From a virus: a stretch of 64,000 bases of DNA. The translations under genes and the position numbers were made by a program. Of this stretch, positions 55,909 to 64,000 are shown piece by piece; the first letter of the stretch is position 1; each line of letters begins with the position of its first letter. Below the pieces are notes generated by a model, which did not search any database, was not told the DNA's origin, and saw only the letters and a program-made list of their open reading frames with translations. Location: IMG/VR virus record IMGVR_UViG_3300045988_172778, positions 1-64,000 of that record. One strand, written 5' to 3'.

Positions 55909-56919
55909 ATGGCAAGAACAACGGTATATAACGAAGATTTGTCAAAGGAGTGGCAGATCACAAACCCGAAAAATCAGAAATTACTCAAAGAATTTATTCG
56001 TTATTGCGTGGCGAACGATAAAAGCCCGCAAACTTGTAACCAATATGAGTCGCAACTCAAAATCTTCTTTTGTTGGAATTACAGGGAAAATGACGATAAG
56101 TTTTTTGTTGACATAAAGAAGCGCGAGCTTGTGAACTTTTTCGGTTGGGGGCGGAGTATCGGTTGGAGCTCGTGCAGGCTTGCTTCTCTTCGCGCGGCGT
56201 TAAGTTCGTTCAGCAATTACATAGAACGAATACTTGATGAGGATTATCCGACATTCAGAAACCTTGTGAAGGTTCTCGAACCGATTCACCTCGAAGCGGT
56301 TCGAGAAAAGACGATAATCGAGAAAGATGATATAATGGCAGGGATTGAGCGGTTAGTTGCGCTTGGAGAATACCAATACGCGTGTTTCCTCTCGCTCCTC
56401 TTTTCGTCTGGAATGAGAAAAGCGGAAGCCGCGCAGATGAAGGTCTCGTATTTCACGACCGATAAGGTAGTCGTGTTTAGGGGACTCGCTTATATGACTC
56501 CGAAAATCAGGACGAAAGGGCACGGGGCACGTGGCAAGCAGGTGCCGAGATACGTGTTCAAAGAAACGTTTGACAAATACTTTGAGCTATGGCTTAAAGA
56601 GCGCGAAAAGCTCGGGATCGAGATAGACGATTTATTCGTTGTAAAAGGTGCCGACGGGAGATACCGACCCGCAAAAGGGCAGAATTTTTCACATTGGGCA
56701 GTGAAAATCGGGGAGTTAATAGGCGTAAATTCACTATATTGTCACAGTTTGAGACACGCGTTTACGACGTATTTGAAACGGCAGAACTTCCCGACCGACG
56801 TCGTTCAGAAAATCCAATCGTGGGGAAGCGCAGATATGGTGGCGAGATATGATGACAGAAGCGATAGCGAAGAGTTGGATAGCTTTTTTGAAAAAATGAC
56901 CGAAAAGGAGAGAGAATAA
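55909..56919 (+). CDS. tyrosine recombinase (XerC/D / phage-integrase family)
   Basis: N-terminal SAM-like core-binding region. SSGMRKAEA (Arg I), HSLRHAFTTYL (H-x-x-R), WGSADMVARY (catalytic Tyr). Confidence 0.7.
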   Translation: MARTTVYNEDLSKEWQITNPKNQKLLKEFIRYCVANDKSPQTCNQYESQLKIFFCWNYRENDDKFFVDIKKRELVNFFGWGRSIGWSSCRLASLRAALSSFSNYIERILDEDYPTFRNLVKVLEPIHLEAVREKTIIEKDDIMAGIERLVALGEYQYACFLSLLFSSGMRKAEAAQMKVSYFTTDKVVVFRGLAYMTPKIRTKGHGARGKQVPRYVFKETFDKYFELWLKEREKLGIEIDDLFVVKGADGRYRPAKGQNFSHWAVKIGELIGVNSLYCHSLRHAFTTYLKRQNFPTDVVQKIQSWGSADMVARYDDRSDSEELDSFFEKMTEKERE

Positions 56920-56921
56920 GC

Positions 56922-57719
56922 ATGGTAGAAAATGGAACGAGAGCGGACATCGCCCGTAAAAGATTTGAAGACACAAATCAATTAACAGCAAAACACATGA
57001 TATATGTCGGGACTGGCGACACAGAAGAGGTTACCCTCGGAAAGGATAAAAGTTATATTTACAAAACGGAGGGGAAGAATATTATAAGCGCGATTAATGA
57101 CGCGACTAAGGATGAAGCGGGTATCATAGATAAGGCACACAGCGCAGAAACAGCAGATCAGGCAACTAATGCAGAGACCGCGAAAAAAATCGTATCAGAA
57201 GACGATAGTAGCATCACTATAATAAAAGGGAAAAGTAATAACAATCAAAGTAGGATTGTCCCTCCTGGAGGCGTTGAGGTGGATTTAGGTGCTTCTGGGT
57301 ATGAGTTTGCTAAGGTTTATGCGAACATTTTTACAGGGACGGCAAATGCAGCGATAGACACTAATTTTTCGAGAGAAACTTTTAAAAGTAGTGTAGTTTC
57401 AAATACATCTTTTGGACTTTCTGAGGCGGGATTTTATTATATTTATTTTGTAATAAATTCTCAAAGGATAAATCTTGGTTTGATATATTGGGATGGGGAA
57501 AATGATAGTTACAGCCCAATAATGGCGAGTTATAGAGATAATGGTGGTTCTTTTGAGATATTATGCGATGAATATTTTGCGCGCATCTACCCCTTCGAGC
57601 TCGGAGGAAAAATCGAAGGAAAAATTGCGATATATAAAAAAAGTTCGCTTAGGAGTAAGCCAGATGCTTGGGCGTCTGCATCATCAGGGGTTACAATATA
57701 TTACAAAAAAATCAGATGA
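56922..57719 (+). CDS. tail fibre-module protein (265 aa)
   Basis: ORF with AAAGGAG SD. HSAETADQATNAETA is fibre-like. Confidence 0.6.
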   Translation: MVENGTRADIARKRFEDTNQLTAKHMIYVGTGDTEEVTLGKDKSYIYKTEGKNIISAINDATKDEAGIIDKAHSAETADQATNAETAKKIVSEDDSSITIIKGKSNNNQSRIVPPGGVEVDLGASGYEFAKVYANIFTGTANAAIDTNFSRETFKSSVVSNTSFGLSEAGFYYIYFVINSQRINLGLIYWDGENDSYSPIMASYRDNGGSFEILCDEYFARIYPFELGGKIEGKIAIYKKSSLRSKPDAWASASSGVTIYYKKIR

Positions 57720-57728
57720 GGTGGCGGC

Positions 57729-58736
57729 ATGGCACAAAAATATAAAAGCAAATGGACAGGGCCACAGGTCGATTCAGCGGTTGATCAAATTACCGATAAG
57801 ATAGACAGAGGCGAGATCGGGGTTGCAGGCGGGATCGCTTCTCTCGGAAGTGATGGAAAGGTTCCGAGTTGGCAATTACCAACAGCAAAGAGTGTTACGG
57901 CTGATAATTTTATAGGTAAAGATGGAATTACAATCGACAAAGCAGCTGATTCTGAAAAGATAGAGATAAGCGGTAGTGGATTGGTAAAGAGAGGAACCAA
58001 CGTTAATGTTACAAATTATGGTCACGTATATGGATATAATGGAAATGGAACAAAAGTCATAGATAAAGAATTTATAGTTAACCAAGATGCTGAAACGCAA
58101 TCAATTGCTCTTAGAACTAACAAGGGTGAATTAATTGCTAATACTACAGATACAGCAGGGGACCTTACCCTCACCAACAAGAAATATGTAGATGATAACT
58201 TTGTAGCTAAGGATACAACTCCCGCAAGAGTAATATATGCACACTCTCCTGATGGTACTCCTTTAATGTTACATCCTCAAGTTAGTGATACTTTAAGTGA
58301 ATGGTGGCTTCCAGTTTATAGACCAAGTGTATCAGGCGATACTGTAACAGGTAATGCAGTGCTTTTAACCGCCGTACCAACAAGAGATTATCAATGTGCA
58401 AACAAAAAATATGTAGATGATGCAATAGCAGGAGTGGCAGAAAGTGTAAGCCGTTATAAACATCACGTGAAATTTACATTTGTTTCTAACACTTATAACG
58501 GAAGTTTTTTCACCGATATTTATTCAAATCAGAATACAGTGATAGATTCTCTTGCAAGTTTGAAGACTTATTTAGGGGATGAATTTACGAAGGATTTGTA
58601 TGGGTATTTAGAATATAGCAACGCTTATCGTTTAGGCAATTTAATAACCGACACAACAGTATTTTACATACAAAACGGTGTTGGGACTCAATCAATCTCT
58701 AACTTTACTATTTCTGATACAGTAACGACAATCTAA
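57729..58736 (+). CDS. tail fibre paralogue, MAQKYKSKWTGPQVD-type N-terminus
   Basis: Paralogue of 49914-50996. Confidence 0.65.
   Translation: MAQKYKSKWTGPQVDSAVDQITDKIDRGEIGVAGGIASLGSDGKVPSWQLPTAKSVTADNFIGKDGITIDKAADSEKIEISGSGLVKRGTNVNVTNYGHVYGYNGNGTKVIDKEFIVNQDAETQSIALRTNKGELIANTTDTAGDLTLTNKKYVDDNFVAKDTTPARVIYAHSPDGTPLMLHPQVSDTLSEWWLPVYRPSVSGDTVTGNAVLLTAVPTRDYQCANKKYVDDAIAGVAESVSRYKHHVKFTFVSNTYNGSFFTDIYSNQNTVIDSLASLKTYLGDEFTKDLYGYLEYSNAYRLGNLITDTTVFYIQNGVGTQSISNFTISDTVTTI
58407..58449 (+). repeat. exact 43-bp direct repeat, copy 2
   Basis: Identical to 50238-50280. Confidence 0.95.
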
Positions 58737-58751
58737 AGATAAGGAGGATAT

Positions 58752-59669
58752 ATGAATACGGAATATTATTTATCTAGATTCAGCGGGGAAATGATAGACG
58801 GGAAAGTGGATAAAATGCCGAAATCAAATCCTCGATCAGATAGTTTAATTGTAATTAACAAGGATGGGCGAAGCGGCGGGTATTTAGCATTATCCGACAT
58901 CGATCCGTGGAAATTTGTAGACTCGGCATTATCGGCGACATCAGATAATACCGTTGAAAATAGCGCGATTACGAAGGCGCTTTCTGAAAAAATCCAATAC
59001 CCAAAAGTTGATGGAGTAAACGGTTGGTGTTTATTCAGAGACAAAAATGGTATTGCGTGGAAAGAGATGGTGCCTGGCGATTTTAAACAAGGAGACAGCG
59101 CTTACGACATATGGTTGCGTGCTCCCCATCAAGGCACGAAAATAGACTTCCTTAACAGCTTAATAGGCATAGCTGGCGAGAGGGGCGCTATAGGCGGCAA
59201 AGGCGCGACAGGCGCACAGGGCGCAAAAGGCGAGACAGGTGCACAAGGCAGTAAAGGCGCGACAGGCGCACAGGGCGCAAAAGGCGCGACGGGCGCGACG
59301 GGTGATCGAGGAAGTCAGGGCGCCTCGGGTCGGCAAGGCGAAACGGGCGATACAGGTGCAGAAGGCCCGAAAGGCCCAACAGGTGATAGCCCAAAGGGTA
59401 ATACGGGTGCAGAAGGACCAAAGGGTAATACGGGTGCAGAAGGACCAAAGGGTTCCAGGGGAGATCAAGGGCCAATGGGTCCACAGGGGGCACAAGGAAA
59501 CCCAGGAGCTTGGGGTTGGGAATCAGGTTGCGGCGGAAGTTCTCCAAGTAAAGGTTCTGATTTCCTATATGAGCCGATAGAGAGTGCCGTTATGTTTCAG
59601 ATGCTAAATGATAGTGGGGAGACAGAGGGGGTAAAAATAACTATGAGTATTACAGGGAATACGATTTAA
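58752..59669 (+). CDS. collagen-like tail fibre
   Basis: N-terminal paralogy ([23 protein letters not shown]). GXY tract. Confidence 0.7.
   Translation: MNTEYYLSRFSGEMIDGKVDKMPKSNPRSDSLIVINKDGRSGGYLALSDIDPWKFVDSALSATSDNTVENSAITKALSEKIQYPKVDGVNGWCLFRDKNGIAWKEMVPGDFKQGDSAYDIWLRAPHQGTKIDFLNSLIGIAGERGAIGGKGATGAQGAKGETGAQGSKGATGAQGAKGATGATGDRGSQGASGRQGETGDTGAEGPKGPTGDSPKGNTGAEGPKGNTGAEGPKGSRGDQGPMGPQGAQGNPGAWGWESGCGGSSPSKGSDFLYEPIESAVMFQMLNDSGETEGVKITMSITGNTI
59174..59510 (+). repeat. collagen-like GXY tract with a perfect 2 x 27-nt tandem repeat (59394-59447)
   Basis: AAGGGTAATACGGGTGCAGAAGGACCA occurs twice. Confidence 0.9.
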
Positions 59670-59680
59670 AAGGTGAAATT

Positions 59681-61228
<1,548 letters not shown>

Positions 61229-61254
61229 AATATTTACAATAATGGAGGTACAAT

Positions 61255-61582
61255 ATGATTTCAGTAAAAACATTTTACGCTTATGGTAAAGAAAAGCCAA
61301 TTACAGGCGAGAGTTCTGTTATTTTTAACAATTCTGCGGAGACCCTCACTATGCAAGTTGACGAACTAGCGGGTAGTGTTGAGTTATATGGTACCGCAGA
61401 TTTTGATTCAGATGTTTTTTTACAAACTCACGGGCAATAGCTCGTCTTTTGAGTTAGTAAACAAAATCACAACCGACGGGATTTATCACTTCTCAATCGA
61501 AGGCATTGCGAAAATCAAATTTGAGGTCGAAAACACCAATAAAGATTTGATTGTATTTTGCCGAATGACAAAGGGGGTATAA
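61255..61582 (+). CDS. small fibre-module protein encoded in two frames joined at a T7 run
   Basis: Frame 1 reads protein-like up to ...DFDSDVF. The +1 frame reads protein-like from YKLTGNSSSFELVNK... The T7 run is at 61415-61421. Confidence 0.45.
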
Positions 61583-61586
61583 TCTT

Positions 61587-62273
61587 ATGACGGATAAATT
61601 AGCGAGAGATTTAGCATTAAGTGCTTTAGACAAAGTGAATAAAACCGTCGAAGGTGTTCCGAAGGATTATGTCGATGAGCATTTGTTGAAGAAGGTAGAT
61701 AAAATAGAAAGTTCGTCCGCAAACCCGCGCTTATACGGAGTTAGCGAGGCGGGGTCTCAAACTAGTTATTTCGCCACCCAAACCGCCAACGCGTACACAA
61801 TTCCGATGAGAGACGCGAGCGGCAGATTTCAAGTTGAAAGCGGGTTGGCTCCGAAACAAGCCGTGAATAAAGAGCAGCTTGACGCTGCGTTAGATACGGT
61901 CGCGAAGCTGGCGGAGCCTAACACTTTTACGGAACAAAACACATTTACATCGGAAGTGAAGTTTTACGGAACCGTTGAGCACACGTCCAACGTAAATATA
62001 ACGAACGGTTTTCTGAAAATATTAAACGGTAAAGACAAAGATTATGTCACGACGTATAATGTTGATAATATTAAGGTCGAGGAAAATGGAAGCGAATACA
62101 CACTGGTATTTCCGAATCAATCTGGCACATTAGCGCTAACCGATGATATTACGGCGAAGATAAATGAAAAAATCGGGTTTAAGTATTCGCAATTGAAAAA
62201 TAATGATGTTTTAATAACGGTGCGATTCAAAAAGACGATACGTGGGAAACCAACGACACGGACGCCTCGTTAA
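61587..62273 (+). CDS. tail fibre, zero-frame product (228 aa)
   Basis: ORF with AAGGGGG SD. The last ~14 residues (RGKPTTRTPR) look off-frame. Confidence 0.6.
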   Translation: MTDKLARDLALSALDKVNKTVEGVPKDYVDEHLLKKVDKIESSSANPRLYGVSEAGSQTSYFATQTANAYTIPMRDASGRFQVESGLAPKQAVNKEQLDAALDTVAKLAEPNTFTEQNTFTSEVKFYGTVEHTSNVNITNGFLKILNGKDKDYVTTYNVDNIKVEENGSEYTLVFPNQSGTLALTDDITAKINEKIGFKYSQLKNNDVLITVRFKKTIRGKPTTRTPR

Positions 62274-63832
62274 GTATTCGGCATTCTGACGCGATTAATC
62301 AATCGGAAATAGCAGTATCGAAAGCATTTGCAGAGATAGGTGTTCAAGAAGTAACAGGGCAATCTAGTGCCACATCTCAACTTACTTTAACAACGGATAA
62401 CGTTAGTTTAACAAGTACGCGCGGAGCGGATACTTATACGACCGTCATTATAAACCCCGATGGGGCGACAATCAACGGTGAGAAGATAGCGACCGAGAAA
62501 ACGGTTAACGCGAAAGTAGCACGTATCCCTGAAGGTGTCGAATTAACCGACCCCGAAAGCGCGACACAGGGGAATTTGACGGCGGAGCAGCTCGCAAAAC
62601 TTCAGTTCAACAAAGCGAATTATATCCTTTTCGCAGGGAAGAAATATGACTTGCGGAATGAGCGTTCGCAACAAGATTCGTTGTCTTACGTTTACAATGA
62701 TTACTTGAACAGTCGTTGTATTCAAGACGTTATAACGATCACGGTTTCGACTCGTTCGTGGGTGCGTAATTCGTGCACGTTGGTGACAAACAAAGATTAC
62801 GGCGATGGTACCGCTGGCGCGGTGTCGATAAAGAAAGACTTTTCTGGCGGGTTACAATTGGCGACGACAGATGGAGATTTAAGCATATATGGTGCGGTCG
62901 ATGCGGATATAACTGGCAGGAATTCCAAACGCCCGATTACGCCTATAAACCTCAACAAAGCGGTTTTAGCGGCGTTGACCGATGCGAAAAAGGTTGAACC
63001 AACCGAGCAACAAAAAACCGATTTTAAGGCAGCATGGGGAATTATCGACGCTGTAAATATTCTCGACGCGGAAATGTCCGATGATAGCACTAATGCAGTT
63101 CAGAACAAGGTTATTAAAGCAGAATTAGATAATCGTGTTAGGTGCTCAACAAACGTCCAAAGCGGGCAAGTAAAGGTCTACTGCGCGACACAGAATAACC
63201 CAAACGATGTTTGTTTGGTTTCGAGTTCTGGAGTACAAAACTCGATTGCTCGATATACGTCGACGGGGCAGCTCGCTGTCGGGAGAGAGCCGAGCGGCGA
63301 TATGGAAATCGCTAACAAAAAATTTGTGGAAGGAATTGTTCCGAAATATGGGGCGGAACTTCCAAACCCAACCAACGACGCATACAAAATCGGGTGCTCG
63401 TTTTTAAACACGACAACTGGCGGCTTATATGTTTTGGTTGCTTCTGGAAGCGCGAGTAATCGTTCTTGGCAGTTACAAACCACGATTGAAAAGCCGAAAT
63501 GGAGAAACACGCTACCACACATAAATGACACGCAGGAAATCGACGCGACAAAGGTCTTATTTACGAAAGTCACGATTACGACGATCGATAGTACAAACTT
63601 TCCTGGAATGAACGGAAAATCTGTAACAATTCAAGGATTGAGTTTTTATGGGTTTGCGGCTGGCACGATTGTGTGTGATGAGATAACGGGCGGTATACAG
63701 TATAGCCCGTGTTTTATTGGCTCAATAACTTCGAGCAGGGCGTCTGGAGTTTTAATAAAAGGCTCTAACGCGGTCGCGGTTATAAGTGTTGATAATCCCG
63801 AAGTTTCTTTTGCTTACGAGTATTTGTGGTGA
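62207..63832 (+). CDS. tail fibre, -1-frame continuation (no start codon of its own for 123 codons)
   Basis: I read the frame codon by codon as open from 62207. The first ATG/GTG/TTG is TTG at 62576. Fibre-like sequence runs throughout. Confidence 0.55.
   Translation, partial: CFNNGAIQKDDTWETNDTDASLSIRHSDAINQSEIAVSKAFAEIGVQEVTGQSSATSQLTLTTDNVSLTSTRGADTYTTVIINPDGATINGEKIATEKTVNAKVARIPEGVELTDPESATQGNLTAEQLAKLQFNKANYILFAGKKYDLRNERSQQDSLSYVYNDYLNSRCIQDVITITVSTRSWVRNSCTLVTNKDYGDGTAGAVSIKKDFSGGLQLATTDGDLSIYGAVDADITGRNSKRPITPINLNKAVLAALTDAKKVEPTEQQKTDFKAAWGIIDAVNILDAEMSDDSTNAVQNKVIKAELDNRVRCSTNVQSGQVKVYCATQNNPNDVCLVSSSGVQNSIARYTSTGQLAVGREPSGDMEIANKKFVEGIVPKYGAELPNPTNDAYKIGCSFLNTTTGGLYVLVASGSASNRSWQLQTTIEKPKWRNTLPHINDTQEIDATKVLFTKVTITTIDSTNFPGMNGKSVTIQGLSFYGFAAGTIVCDEITGGIQYSPCFIGSITSSRASGVLIKGSNAVAVISVDNPEVSFAYEYLW
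62228..62234 (+). promoter_or_regulatory. candidate -1 ribosomal frameshift site C_AAA_AAG
   Basis: AAA AAG are in the zero frame of 61587-62273, inside the 66-nt overlap with the downstream open frame. Confidence 0.45.
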
Positions 63833-63890
63833 GATAAAACCCTCGTTTTATTCAATGGAGAAAATTTAGGATATTTTTTAGGTAAAATTA

Positions 63891-63938
63891 GAGACCTCGC
63901 TACGCGCGAGGTCTCTAATTTACTATATTTTTTTAGAA
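63891..63938 (+). terminator. intrinsic terminator
   Basis: GAGACCTCGC-TACGC-GCGAGGTCTC, with a T-run 12 nt later. Confidence 0.6.
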
Positions 63939-63971
63939 TTTGGGAAATAAAAAAACAAGGAGGCACGGAAT

Positions 63972-64000
63972 ATGGATATAAAACAGACGCTTATGCAGGC
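63972..64000 (+). CDS. 5' end of next gene (partial)
   Basis: ATG 7 nt after AAGGAGG. Truncated by the window edge. Confidence 0.4.

Overview
This window is a contiguous piece of a tailed dsDNA phage or prophage genome. Strong AGGAGG-type Shine-Dalgarno sites and TTGACA-N17-TATAAT promoters suggest Firmicutes-like expression signals. All family assignments come from motif recognition by eye, with no searches run.

Layout:
- (i) 1-13.1 kb and 15.5-20.9 kb: tightly packed leftward (minus-strand) early-type operons of about 45 small ORFs, mostly of unknown function. They also include an N6-adenine methyltransferase / HEPN-like / DUF262-HNH cassette, a lambda-phosphatase-like metallophosphoesterase, a free-standing HNH homing endonuclease, and ThyX-like, PhoH-like and ClpP-like genes.
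- (ii) 13.2-15.5 kb: a rightward gene island. It is preceded by a ~390-bp almost G-free polypyrimidine tract and followed by a ~400-bp repeat-rich non-coding stretch.
- (iii) 20.9-21.6 kb: a divergent promoter hub containing a promoter-driven ~0.4-kb hairpin-rich non-coding region.
- (iv) 21.6-47.5 kb, rightward: HAD-nucleotidase-like and dNMP-kinase-like genes, then a YonO/RdRP-like single-subunit RNA polymerase gene. That gene is interrupted inside its DxDGD catalytic loop by a group-I-like intron carrying a GIY-YIG endonuclease. Next come large terminase, putative portal, scaffold-like protein, major capsid protein, a free-standing Hef-like endonuclease cassette, and head/tail completion genes.
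- (v) 47.7-63.8 kb: a 16-kb array of about 14 paralogous tail-fibre genes, four with collagen-like GXY tracts. It contains an embedded tyrosine recombinase, exact 43-bp direct repeats and two frame-change junctions.

No rRNA, tRNA or CRISPR array was seen.
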